The translations under genes and the position numbers were made by a program. From positions 2,435 through 62,965 of the forward strand of contig JAGDWZ010000066.1 in assembly GCA_023269915.1 (NCBI GenBank): a stretch of 60,531 nt of DNA. The letters run 5' to 3'. The stretch comes from Hydrogenobaculum sp. (GTDB lineage: Bacteria; Aquificota; Aquificia; Aquificales; Aquificaceae). The notes below the pieces were generated by a model. That model was not told the DNA's origin, did not search any database, and saw nothing but the letters and a program-made list of their open reading frames with translations. Positions 19,456 through 28,756 of this stretch are shown here, in pieces. How positions within the stretch are numbered: the stretch's first letter is position 1; each line of letters starts with the position of its first letter.

Positions 19456-20394
19456 ATGAAACTTCATAAAAACAAGATATTGACTAGCATCATTTCAATA
19501 CTTACAATCACCAACGTTGTATTAGCCAAAGTTGATAAAAGTGATAAAAATATTGACAAAAACCATCAAATTAAATCAGAAAGCAGCTTTGAGGAACTAT
19601 TGCACAGTACTCCGGGAATTTTGGTAAATAGAGTGGTAGCTTCCGTAAATGGAGAGCCAATACTAGAAAGTGATTTAAAAATAGCAATGGTATATTTTGG
19701 CACAAAAGATGCTAAGTTAGCTCTAAAAAGATTGATAGATATATACCTCATATATCAATACCTCAGCGCAAACCATATGGCCACACCAGAAAGCTTTTTA
19801 GACCAGACAATAAAAGATATGGCCTCTCAAAACCACCTTACTGTAGAGCAGCTTTACGAAGAACTTAGAAAACAAGGGATATCTCCAAAAGAGTTTAGAA
19901 GCTTTTTAAGAAAGGAAATACTAGCAACAGCAGGCTTTGGAGAATATTTAAGAAAAACTGTACATCTAACACCTGCCGACATAGAGCTTTTAAAGTTAAA
20001 ATATGGTAAGCCAAAACTAGAAAGAGATATTGAGCTTTTGATAGTCCCTAAAAAAGATAAAGACAAATTAAGCAAACTTTTAAACACTACAACAAGCTTG
20101 AAAATGATAGCCAACAAACTAAGCTTAACACCTCAAGAGTTAGAGGTAGCCAAAGGTGATTTAAAAAAGAATTTAGATGAGCAAGTGTGGAAAGCATCTA
20201 AAGGAGATATAGTGTTTGCAGAAGGCAAAAACAACATATACGTTGCCAAGATAAAAAATATAAAGTTAGTATATCAAAATGTTGACCTAAACAAGCTAAA
20301 GAAAAAGCTTTTAGAAAAAAAGATGAAGAAAAAATACGATGAGATTTTAAACAAACTAAAGAAAGAGAGTTATATAAAAGTATATCTTCAATGA
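19456..20394 (+). CDS. SurA-like periplasmic chaperone
   Basis: Signal peptide; NRVVASVNGEPILESD; SD AAGGAGG. Confidence 0.8.
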   Translation: MKLHKNKILTSIISILTITNVVLAKVDKSDKNIDKNHQIKSESSFEELLHSTPGILVNRVVASVNGEPILESDLKIAMVYFGTKDAKLALKRLIDIYLIYQYLSANHMATPESFLDQTIKDMASQNHLTVEQLYEELRKQGISPKEFRSFLRKEILATAGFGEYLRKTVHLTPADIELLKLKYGKPKLERDIELLIVPKKDKDKLSKLLNTTTSLKMIANKLSLTPQELEVAKGDLKKNLDEQVWKASKGDIVFAEGKNNIYVAKIKNIKLVYQNVDLNKLKKKLLEKKMKKKYDEILNKLKKESYIKVYLQ

Positions 20395-20984
20395 TACACT
20401 TTAACGAAGCTTTGGAAAACTCCATATATGTTGTTTTAGATATAGAAACTACTGGACTAAATCCAGAAGAGCATGAAATCATAGAAATATACGCTTTCTT
20501 GGTAGAAAAAGAAAGGATAACAAGAAAGCTACACAGACTAGTAAATCCTGGATATTTTATACCAAGAAGAATCACCGAGATAACAGGCATAACAAACGCT
20601 ATGCTAATAGGTCAGCCTTCCATCAGGGAAATAATTTACGAATTAGATGATTTTATCAAAGATTACATAATAGTAGGTCATAATGTAAGTTTTGATTTAT
20701 CTTTTTTAAATAGAGCTTATAATTTATACCTTCATAAAAAAATGACCTCGCCAAGCATATGCACATTGGAACTGGCAAAAAAGCTTATACCAAATTTAAA
20801 GTCCTATAAGTTATCGGCTTTAGCAGATTACTTCAACATTAAATATGATAGACTGCATAGAGCAAAGGACGATGCAATAATTACTTACAACATATTTAAC
20901 AAACTTATGGATATTGTCAGAAAACAATATAAAAGAGAGTTAAGCTATTTTCATCTTAAAAGCCTAATAAACTCAAAGATATAG
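20391..20984 (+). CDS. DEDDh 3'-5' exonuclease (DNA polymerase III epsilon-like)
   Basis: DIETTGL, GHNVSFD and HRAKDDA motifs. Confidence 0.92.
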   Translation: MIHFNEALENSIYVVLDIETTGLNPEEHEIIEIYAFLVEKERITRKLHRLVNPGYFIPRRITEITGITNAMLIGQPSIREIIYELDDFIKDYIIVGHNVSFDLSFLNRAYNLYLHKKMTSPSICTLELAKKLIPNLKSYKLSALADYFNIKYDRLHRAKDDAIITYNIFNKLMDIVRKQYKRELSYFHLKSLINSKI

Positions 20985-21017
20985 CAAATGCAAACGATTC
21001 ATATAACGCTTATATCA

Positions 21018-21046
21018 TTGATGCTAATGCATGCTAAATCTATACT
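21018..21046 (+). promoter_or_regulatory. Sigma70-type promoter of the MNT-HEPN operon
   Basis: TTGATG-17 bp-TATACT, ending 9 nt before ATG 21056; no SD. Confidence 0.65.
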
Positions 21047-21055
21047 TATTTACAT

Positions 21056-21391
21056 ATGAGCGAAAAAATATCGTATCTAAACTATACACACCCAAAAATT
21101 AAGGCTCTAATAAAAGAAATAATCAAAACCCTAAAGGAAAATATAAAGCAACCTTTTAAAGTATTTCTATTTGGTTCGTTTGCAACAGGCAAAGCAACTT
21201 ACTTTTCTGATTTAGATATAGCTATTGAAACAAAAGAGGACTTAGAAAATAAGCACTTATATAAAATAAAAGAAGAGCTTGAAAAAATAAGAACTCTAAG
21301 AAAAATAGATTTGGTTTACCTAAACAAAGCCCCAGATAGCCTAAAAGAGGTCATAAACAAAGAAGGAATCTTGATATATGGCTCTTGGTGA
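21056..21391 (+). CDS. Minimal nucleotidyltransferase (MNT antitoxin)
   Basis: LFGSFATG...SDLDIA and IDLV motifs; 111 aa. Confidence 0.9.
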   Translation: MSEKISYLNYTHPKIKALIKEIIKTLKENIKQPFKVFLFGSFATGKATYFSDLDIAIETKEDLENKHLYKIKEELEKIRTLRKIDLVYLNKAPDSLKEVINKEGILIYGSW

Positions 21392-21755
21392 TAGATTAAA
21401 AGAATATAAAAAATGCTTAAAAACTTTCAAAGAAGTTCTTAGCATACCTGAAAATGAATTTATAAGAGATAGTGCAATCAAAAGGTTCTAGCTTTGCTTT
21501 GAACTTGGGTGGAAAACCCTAAAAGATTTTTTAACGGAAGAAGGTATTATATGCAGGTCTCCCAAAAGTTGTTTGAAAGAGGCCTTTTCAATGGGACTAA
21601 TAGAAGATGAAGATGAATGGCTTTCAATTCTTGAAGATAGAAATTTGAGTGTTCATACCTACAAAGAAGAGCTTGCGAAAGATATATACAAAAGGCTAAA
21701 AAATCACCACAGGGCAATGGAACGTCTTTTGGAAAAATTACAAGAAAGAATCTAA
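21378..21755 (+). pseudogene. HEPN toxin / nucleotidyltransferase substrate-binding protein (HI0074 family) with internal amber stop
   Basis: MALGDRLKEY...RDSAIKRF*LCFELGWK...RNLSVHTY; in-frame TAG at 21489-21491; start overlaps the MNT 3' end. Confidence 0.88.
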
Positions 21756-21760
21756 AATAT

Positions 21761-22369
21761 CTATCCTGTAGAAAGCCTTCTTTTTAGCTCTTCTATCTCC
21801 CGCTCTTTTTCTAAGATCTCCTTCTCTTTATCGAGCACTATTTTTTTCATGTCTATATCCGCTCTTTGGTATTTATTTTCTAAGTCTTTATAAGCTGCTT
21901 TACAATCTTCCAAATCTTTGTTTAAGTTTTTAAGCTTCTCGGATAATAACTTATTTTCTTCTTCAAGCCCCTTTATCTTATCTTTATACCGCTCTAAGTC
22001 TTTTGATAAAAACTCTATTTCTTTCTCTTTTACAGCCAAAAGAGCATACAGGCTAGAAAGCTCCTGCATAAGTTCTTGCTTTTGAAATTCAGCATATCTT
22101 TGAATATTAATGTAAGTGGCGATAAGGGCACCATCAGGAAGAGCTTTAAGCTTTTCTATGGAATCTGAAATAGCCTGCTCTCTTTCTTGGGATTTTTCTT
22201 TATTGTTTTGAAGATTTTCATATTCATCGGATGTAAGATATACATACCATATACCGTCTTCTTCTTTAGCACCATTTAATATACCAGCTTTTATCCTGTT
22301 TTTGACAGTGTTCAATGACACTGACGTCATCGCTGCATATTCACTTGCTTTCAGTTTGATATCATTCAT
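21761..22369 (-). CDS. N-terminal HTH (MerR/excisionase-like) plus long coiled-coil protein
   Basis: ASEYAAMTSVSLNTVKNRIKAG HTH pattern, then E/K-rich heptads. ATG 22369 with GGAG SD preferred over 22429, which falls in the -35 box. Confidence 0.75.
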   Translation of the reverse strand: MNDIKLKASEYAAMTSVSLNTVKNRIKAGILNGAKEEDGIWYVYLTSDEYENLQNNKEKSQEREQAISDSIEKLKALPDGALIATYINIQRYAEFQKQELMQELSSLYALLAVKEKEIEFLSKDLERYKDKIKGLEEENKLLSEKLKNLNKDLEDCKAAYKDLENKYQRADIDMKKIVLDKEKEILEKEREIEELKRRLSTG

Positions 22370-22400
22370 ACACTTGGTCTCCAAACATTTTGATACTATC

Positions 22401-22429
22401 AATATATCATTATATATCATTGCTGTCAA
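22401..22429 (-). promoter_or_regulatory. Sigma70 promoter overlapped by TGATA repeats
   Basis: Minus strand TTGACA-17 bp-TATATT with a TG extension. Confidence 0.75.
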
Positions 22430-22463
22430 GATATTTTGATATCAATATTTTAACTTGTTCATT

Positions 22464-22491
22464 TGTTAACATAATGGTAATTATATTAACA
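22464..22491. other. Putative dif (Xer recombination) site
   Basis: TGTTAACATAA-TGGTAA-TTATATTAACA: 11-6-11 inverted arms resembling the XerD arm TTATGTTAAAT; intergenic. Confidence 0.65.
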
Positions 22492-22580
22492 TTTTTACCG
22501 TACGTCCCATAAATTGATTAAGCTCTATAATATTCAAACTAGATTCCACAAGTTGCAAATTGTTATATATTATTATGTTG

Positions 22581-24170
22581 ATGAAGAATAAAGTTATTAT
22601 TTTAGGAAGCGGTCCAAATAGGATTGGTCAGGGTATAGAGTTTGATTATGCCTGTGTACATGCTATACAAGCAGTCCAAGAAGAGGGCTTAGAAGCTATT
22701 ATGATAAACTGTAATCCAGAGACGGTTTCCACGGATTACGATACCGCTACAAGGCTATATTTTGAGCCTATAGTGATGGAAAACGTCAATTATGTGATAA
22801 AAAAAGAAAAAGATATATTGGGGGTATTGCTTCAATTTGGTGGTCAAACACCCCTCAAATTGGCGAATGAGTTTAGGGAAAGAGGTATAACAGTTCTTGG
22901 CACATCTCCGGACAGTATAGACTTGGCAGAAGATAGAGGAAGATTCAACGCTTTAATGAAAGAACTTGGTATCCTTCAACCAGAGGGCAATATTGCCATA
23001 ACCAAAGAAGAGGCTATAAAAGTAGCAAAAGAGATAGGATATCCCGTCTTAGTGAGACCGTCTTACGTACTTGGCGGTAGAGCCATGAGAATTGTTTATA
23101 CTGAAAAAGAGCTTCTTGACTATTTGGAGCAAGCGGTAGATGTAAGTTATCAAAGGCCTGTATTAATAGATAAATATTTAAGTGACTCTATAGAAGTGGA
23201 TGTGGATGCTTTGTCTGATGGGGAAGACGTTTTAATAGGTGCCATAATGGAGCATATAGAAGAAGCTGGTATTCATTCTGGAGACAGCGCAGCTTCTATC
23301 CCACCCTACACTCTAAAAGAAGATATCCTAAAAGAAATTAGAGACCAAACAATAAAAATCGCAAAAGCTTTAAAAGTAAAAGGTCTTATAAATCTACAAT
23401 TTGCTATAAAAGATGATATACCTTATATACTTGAAGTAAACCCTCGGGCTTCTAGGACAGTGCCTTACGTAAGCAAAAGCGTTGGTTATCCTTTGGCAAA
23501 GATAGCTACAAAAATATCTCTTGGTAGAAAGCTAAGAGAAATATTGCCAGAAGTTTTTGATAAAGAACATCATGTGGCCTCTGATTTTTTACCAAAAGAT
23601 TTTAAATACTTTACTATAAAAGAAGCTGTATTCCCTTGGAACAAATTCCCAGAAGTAGACCCAATCCTTGGACCGGAAATGAAAAGCACAGGAGAGGTTA
23701 TGGGTATAGGTACCTCTTTCGGGATAGCGTACTATAAAGCCCAATTAGCTGTGGATAGCAAAATACCAACATCCGGAAATATCTTCATATCTGTGGCAGA
23801 TAGAGATAAGCCCAAAATAATAGAGCTTGTCTCTGAATTTTTAAAGCTTGGGTTTAAAGTGCTTTGCACAGAAGGGACAGCTTACTTCTTAAAATCAAAA
23901 GGTATCTTGGTGGAAAAAGTGTTAAAAGTTTCCGAAGGAAGACCAAACATAGTAGATTACATCGCTAACAAAGACATTCAAATTATTATAAATACACCAT
24001 CAGGTCATAAAGAGAGGTCTGACGCTTTTTATATAAGAAGAGCAGCCATAAACCACAAAATACCCTATACAACTACCATAAGAGGAGGTTATGCCATATT
24101 AGAAGCTATAAAAGCTATAAAAAATAGCCAAGGCCATATAGAAGTATTCTCTCTTCAGGAGATAAGGTGA
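22581..24170 (+). CDS. carB: Carbamoyl-phosphate synthase large chain, C-terminal half (split CarB) with MGS domain
   Basis: Begins at KVIILGSGPNRIGQGIEFDY; RPSYVLGG, HSGDS, EVNPRASRTVP and GPEMKSTGEVMG motifs. Confidence 0.95.
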   Translation: MKNKVIILGSGPNRIGQGIEFDYACVHAIQAVQEEGLEAIMINCNPETVSTDYDTATRLYFEPIVMENVNYVIKKEKDILGVLLQFGGQTPLKLANEFRERGITVLGTSPDSIDLAEDRGRFNALMKELGILQPEGNIAITKEEAIKVAKEIGYPVLVRPSYVLGGRAMRIVYTEKELLDYLEQAVDVSYQRPVLIDKYLSDSIEVDVDALSDGEDVLIGAIMEHIEEAGIHSGDSAASIPPYTLKEDILKEIRDQTIKIAKALKVKGLINLQFAIKDDIPYILEVNPRASRTVPYVSKSVGYPLAKIATKISLGRKLREILPEVFDKEHHVASDFLPKDFKYFTIKEAVFPWNKFPEVDPILGPEMKSTGEVMGIGTSFGIAYYKAQLAVDSKIPTSGNIFISVADRDKPKIIELVSEFLKLGFKVLCTEGTAYFLKSKGILVEKVLKVSEGRPNIVDYIANKDIQIIINTPSGHKERSDAFYIRRAAINHKIPYTTTIRGGYAILEAIKAIKNSQGHIEVFSLQEIR

Positions 24171-25651
24171 ATACCAAAGAGAAAATAATACACTCTATCA
24201 TAGTAATGATAGGGGCCTTCATGGCAATTCTTGATACTACAATAGTGGATGTAGCTTTACCCAAGATGATAGCGCCTCTTCATACTGACTTGTACGGCAT
24301 CCAGTGGGTGGTTACAGCTTACATGATATCTTCTGCAGTACTACTTCCTTTGATAGAGTATATAGAGTCTAAAGTTGGTTTAAAAAATATGTTTGTGGTA
24401 GGTATTGGGCTTTTCACATCCGCAAGTTATATGTGCGGCACTTCTCACAGATTAGACGAGATGATTTTATTTAGAAGCGTGCAAGGAGCAGCTGAGGCTC
24501 TTATTATGGTATCCGCTCAGGCTATACTTTTTAGCATATTTGAAAACAAGGGCACCGCCATGGGTATCTTTGGGTTGGGGGCTAGCTTAGCACCAGCTGC
24601 TGGACCTACCATAGGAGGATGGTTAACTCAGCATATAGGTTGGGAGGCTATTTTCTTTGTAAACGTACCAGTGGGTATATTAAACACGTTTTTATCCATC
24701 TTCTTTCTTAAAAACCTCAAAACCGGTAAGCATATAGAAGGCTTCAACCTTTTTAGTCTTTTTTTCATAAGTATATCAACCATTTCTCTTATTGTGCTTT
24801 TGTCAAATGGCCAAAAGTGGGGATGGTTTAGTTCAAACATTACAATAGTTTTTTCTTACTTGGCATTGATAAGTTTCTTGCTATATATTATGTTTGATGT
24901 TTATTCTAAAGATAAACTCATCGATCTTAGCATATTCTCTAAAAGAAATTTCTTGATGGCTTTTTTTGCATATTTTTGGATATTGGGATTTTCCATGTAT
25001 GCAGTATTTTACGCTTTGCCGTTATTTTTTGAAAAGCTAAAAGGCATAGAAAGTTTCAAAACAGGCCTTATCCTTTTACCCTTTGCAATATCAATAGCCA
25101 TATTTTCTGCCGTTGGCGGAACCCTTAGCGATAAGAAAAATCCAAAATTGGTACTTTTAATATCAACAATCATATACATCGGAAGCCTCTATTTTTTCTT
25201 GTTGAAGTTCGATTACTATACCCCTAAAATCACAGCTGAGCTTCAGCTTATAGTAGTGGGTATAGGTCTTGGGTTATTTTTCCCGCCGGTTACAGTGATT
25301 GCCCTTTCTGGATTAGAGGAAAAGATGCTAATAGTTATTACAATACTTGACTATATAAGGTTTATAGGTGGATCTTTTGGAACAGCTATTGCTACAAACA
25401 TACTAAATACTAGAACAGATTATCATTTTGAAAATATAAGCATGATACAAAGTTTTAACGCTTTTAGAATAAAGGAATTTTTAAACTCTTCATATCTAAA
25501 CAAACCTATAAAAGAGGCTATACTTTATAAAAGTATCGAGCTGCAAGCTTTTTCAGAAGCGTTTCAAGATTTGTTTTTCTGGTGTGTGGTGTTTGCCCTT
25601 GTAGGTGTTTTGTTCTTCGCTATAGATTTTAGAATAAAGTTAAAAGCATAG
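24167..25651 (+). CDS. DHA2 family MFS efflux permease (EmrB/QacA)
   Basis: LDTTIVDVALP, QWVVTAY, APAAGPTIGGWL and FFVNVPVG motifs. Confidence 0.92.
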   Translation: MNTKEKIIHSIIVMIGAFMAILDTTIVDVALPKMIAPLHTDLYGIQWVVTAYMISSAVLLPLIEYIESKVGLKNMFVVGIGLFTSASYMCGTSHRLDEMILFRSVQGAAEALIMVSAQAILFSIFENKGTAMGIFGLGASLAPAAGPTIGGWLTQHIGWEAIFFVNVPVGILNTFLSIFFLKNLKTGKHIEGFNLFSLFFISISTISLIVLLSNGQKWGWFSSNITIVFSYLALISFLLYIMFDVYSKDKLIDLSIFSKRNFLMAFFAYFWILGFSMYAVFYALPLFFEKLKGIESFKTGLILLPFAISIAIFSAVGGTLSDKKNPKLVLLISTIIYIGSLYFFLLKFDYYTPKITAELQLIVVGIGLGLFFPPVTVIALSGLEEKMLIVITILDYIRFIGGSFGTAIATNILNTRTDYHFENISMIQSFNAFRIKEFLNSSYLNKPIKEAILYKSIELQAFSEAFQDLFFWCVVFALVGVLFFAIDFRIKLKA

Positions 25652-25683
25652 ACACTTTTTTATTAGTCTGATATATTAAATTT

Positions 25684-26607
25684 GTGGATAATTTAGGAGC
25701 GTTGGAATCTTTGTTAAAATCTAACATGAACAAATATGCTAAGAAAAAAGTATGCGAAAAGTGCAAAGGGACTGGATTTATCATAAGAGAAGACAATAGC
25801 GTAGATTACTGTGACTGCATTCTTTCTTCTAAGGACTCGTTGTTAAAAGCTATGAATATACCAAAAAGATACTGGAAAATAGCCGACAGCATGGACGCTT
25901 TTTATACAGAAGATCAAGACGGAAGTTATACAAACGCTTATATAGCCGTACTTGATTATGTAAACAAATTTAAAGAAAACGAGGGAAGAGGACTTATCTT
26001 TATGGGTCCACCGGGTGTTGGCAAAACATATCTTTCCATATTCTCTTTGCTTTATTTAGAGGAAAAGTATAAAATAAGAGGGCTTTTTTACGATGTTAGA
26101 AGCCTAATTTTAGATTTAAAATCCTTGATAGGAAAAGACAGACATCTAAACAGCAGCAGCTATGAGAAGTTGCTTACAAAAGTCTTAAAAGCTCCGATAC
26201 TGGTCTTGGATGACCTTGGCAGTGAAATTCTAACAGATTACAACAAAGATATTTTGACATACATAATAGCATCTAGATACAACGATATGGCGCCTATCAT
26301 TATAACAACTAATTTTAACCTACTACAATACGACATAAGACCGGAACAAGTGGGATTGTCAAGCAGTCCTTCAAATAAAAAACAACGCTCAGAGATACAA
26401 ATCTCCAGTAAAAACATGTTTGAGAAAAATGGTCCTGAACAAGGCAAAGTATTTTCTTACGATGACCTCCCAAACTCTTTAAAGTCGGATTTAGTATTAA
26501 GGCTTGGAGAAAGCATCGCCTCAAGACTTGGAGAAACATGCGATTTTATCTATATGTTTGGTGAAGACAGAAGAATAAATAAATCAAAAAAAACAAAAGA
26601 ATCGTGA
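25684..26607 (+). CDS. dnaC: DnaC/IstB-family AAA+ ATPase (helicase loader)
   Basis: N-terminal CEKC...CDC; Walker A GPPGVGKT; Walker B LVLDDLG; TTN; SRL. Confidence 0.8.
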   Translation: MDNLGALESLLKSNMNKYAKKKVCEKCKGTGFIIREDNSVDYCDCILSSKDSLLKAMNIPKRYWKIADSMDAFYTEDQDGSYTNAYIAVLDYVNKFKENEGRGLIFMGPPGVGKTYLSIFSLLYLEEKYKIRGLFYDVRSLILDLKSLIGKDRHLNSSSYEKLLTKVLKAPILVLDDLGSEILTDYNKDILTYIIASRYNDMAPIIITTNFNLLQYDIRPEQVGLSSSPSNKKQRSEIQISSKNMFEKNGPEQGKVFSYDDLPNSLKSDLVLRLGESIASRLGETCDFIYMFGEDRRINKSKKTKES

Positions 26608-26996
26608 AAAACTCTATAACCTTTGCAAAAGAACTGATTTTAAAAGATTGGCAACTAAAGCTTCTAGCTTTATTTATAAGCATAGGACTATGGGTTTATG
26701 TCAACTTTGGCAACTATGTGCCTATAGAAATTTATAAAACAGTTCACATAAAACATAGATCCCAAGATTATGCCTATATAGTAGAACCTAAAGATGTTGT
26801 ATTAAATATATTGGTGGTGGATAGGGTTTTAAATCCTAAAATTCTAAGACAAACAAAAGCTTACATAGATGCAAGAACTCTCAAAACTGGTATAAATATA
26901 GCCAAAGTAAACGTAGAAGCGCCTATGCCATTTTTGATAAAGCAAAATCTTTCCAAACCCACCTATGTCAAGGTTTTTGTAAAGAAAAAAGAGTAA
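26604..26996 (+). CDS. YbbR/CdaR-like membrane-anchored protein
   Basis: [20 protein letters not shown]-terminus typical of YbbR. Confidence 0.7.
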   Translation: MKNSITFAKELILKDWQLKLLALFISIGLWVYVNFGNYVPIEIYKTVHIKHRSQDYAYIVEPKDVVLNILVVDRVLNPKILRQTKAYIDARTLKTGINIAKVNVEAPMPFLIKQNLSKPTYVKVFVKKKE

Positions 26997-27019
26997 AAAT
27001 AGTTTATAATCTAATAATT

Positions 27020-27475
27020 ATGATGATAGAAGGTTCTTTTCTAGGAGAAGGTTTAAAAATAGGCATAGTAGCCTCTAGGTTTAACTCTACGCTTGTAGAT
27101 AGACTCATAGAAGGGGCTTACGACGCTTTAAAAAGACATGGTGTAAAAGAAGAAGAAATAACGCTTTTAAGAGTACCAGGAGCTTGGGAGCTTCCCATAG
27201 CCTGCAAGAAATTAGCTAAAAAAGACTTTGATGGGATATTAGCAATTGGCGTTTTAATAAGGGGTCAAACACCTCATTTCGATTATATAGCGGCTGAGGT
27301 ATCAAAAGGATTAGCTATGATATCTTTAGAGCTTGAAAAACCAATAGCCTTTGGGGTCATAACAGCCGATAGTATAGAACAAGCCATAGAGCGCTCTGGT
27401 ACAAAACAAGGCAACAAAGGCTTTGAGGCTGCTATGGCTTTGATAGAAACTATAAACGTTTTAAAAAATATTTAA
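27020..27475 (+). CDS. ribH: 6,7-dimethyl-8-ribityllumazine synthase
   Basis: [22 protein letters not shown] and GNKG motifs. Confidence 0.97.
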   Translation: MMIEGSFLGEGLKIGIVASRFNSTLVDRLIEGAYDALKRHGVKEEEITLLRVPGAWELPIACKKLAKKDFDGILAIGVLIRGQTPHFDYIAAEVSKGLAMISLELEKPIAFGVITADSIEQAIERSGTKQGNKGFEAAMALIETINVLKNI

Positions 27476-27478
27476 CCT

Positions 27479-28756
27479 ATGTTTGATATACTAATCAAAA
27501 ACGCTAATATAGATGGTAAAATAGTTGATATAGGTATAAAAGATGGTATTATTAAAAGCCTAAAACCAAACATAGATGAGTCCTCCAAAGAAACCATCGA
27601 CGCCAAAGATAAGATCGTGATGCCATCTTTTTGCAACATGCATACCCATGCAGCCATGAGTCTTTTAAAAGGTATTGGGCAAGACCTTACCCTAATGGAT
27701 TGGCTCCAGAAGGTAATATGGCCATTGGAAGGAAGGTTTGTATCAAAAGAGTTTGTGAAAGATGGCACCACCCTTGCCGTTGCCAAAATGATAAAAGGTG
27801 GTACAACATTTTTCTTAGATATGTATTTCTTTGAAGAAGAAGTAGCTAACGTTGTAGAAGAGGCTGGAATAAGAGCTGGAATTGGCTTTGGCATACTTGA
27901 TTTTCCTACCAAAGTAGCTTCAACACCAAAAGAGTATCTTGAAAGAGCAAAGTACTTTGTGGAAACATTTAAACCTAGCGATTATGTAATACCAGTTTTA
28001 TGTCCCCACAGTGTCTATACGTGTTCTAAGGATACACTTTATTCTGTTTTGGAGTTATCTCAAAAGCTAGATACCTATATTCATATGCATATTTCAGAAA
28101 CTAGAAAAGAAGTTGATGGTGTAATAGAAAAATACTCCAAATACCCTTTGGAATACCTAGATGAAATAGGTATTTTATCAGATAAATTTATAGGGGCTCA
28201 CGGAGTTCACCTAAACGATGATGAAATAAACATAGCCTCTCAAAGAAAGATAACGATAGCCCATTGTCCCGATAGCAATTTAAAGCTTGGGTCTGGCATA
28301 GCACCTATTTGGAAATATGTAAAACATGGTGTTAGAGTGGCTCTTGGTACAGACGGAGAGGCTTCAAATGACAATCTATCTATGTTAGAGGAAGTTTCTA
28401 TTATGACTAAGCTGCAAAAGGGCTATTTTGAAGATTCCACTGCAATGCCCATAAATATAGCGTTAGATATAGCTACAAAGAATGGTTTTGAGGCTTTTAA
28501 TATTAAGGCTGGTGTCTTAAAAGAAGGATACGATGCAGATATAATTGTTATAAACCCAAACAACGACATAGCAAATATACCTATATACAATGAAAAAGCT
28601 TTAATACTTTACTCTTTAAACGAAAGCGCTATTGAAACTACCATAGCAAGAGGCAAAATTCTCTATCACAAAGGGGAATTTAAAACCATAGACATAGAAA
28701 AAGTTAAATTTAACGTAAAATCTTGGCAAGAAAAGATTAAAAACGCTCTAACATGA
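27479..28756 (+). CDS. Amidohydrolase, 5-methylthioadenosine/S-adenosylhomocysteine deaminase-like
   Basis: HTH metal ligands (MHTHA), PHS, HISET, AHGVH, SNLKLGSG and GTDGEASN motifs. Confidence 0.85.
   Translation: MFDILIKNANIDGKIVDIGIKDGIIKSLKPNIDESSKETIDAKDKIVMPSFCNMHTHAAMSLLKGIGQDLTLMDWLQKVIWPLEGRFVSKEFVKDGTTLAVAKMIKGGTTFFLDMYFFEEEVANVVEEAGIRAGIGFGILDFPTKVASTPKEYLERAKYFVETFKPSDYVIPVLCPHSVYTCSKDTLYSVLELSQKLDTYIHMHISETRKEVDGVIEKYSKYPLEYLDEIGILSDKFIGAHGVHLNDDEINIASQRKITIAHCPDSNLKLGSGIAPIWKYVKHGVRVALGTDGEASNDNLSMLEEVSIMTKLQKGYFEDSTAMPINIALDIATKNGFEAFNIKAGVLKEGYDADIIVINPNNDIANIPIYNEKALILYSLNESAIETTIARGKILYHKGEFKTIDIEKVKFNVKSWQEKIKNALT

Noticed and set aside
21489-21491. Pyrrolysine or other programmed recoding at the TAG
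   Set aside because: No pyl genes in the window, and the position corresponds to a conserved Glu one substitution away.
21573-21755. 60-aa ORF as an independent gene
   Set aside because: It is the in-frame C-terminal part of the HEPN gene that starts at 21378.
25684-26607. IS21 IstB transposition helper
   Set aside because: No IstA transposase or terminal repeats; housekeeping context favours DnaC.
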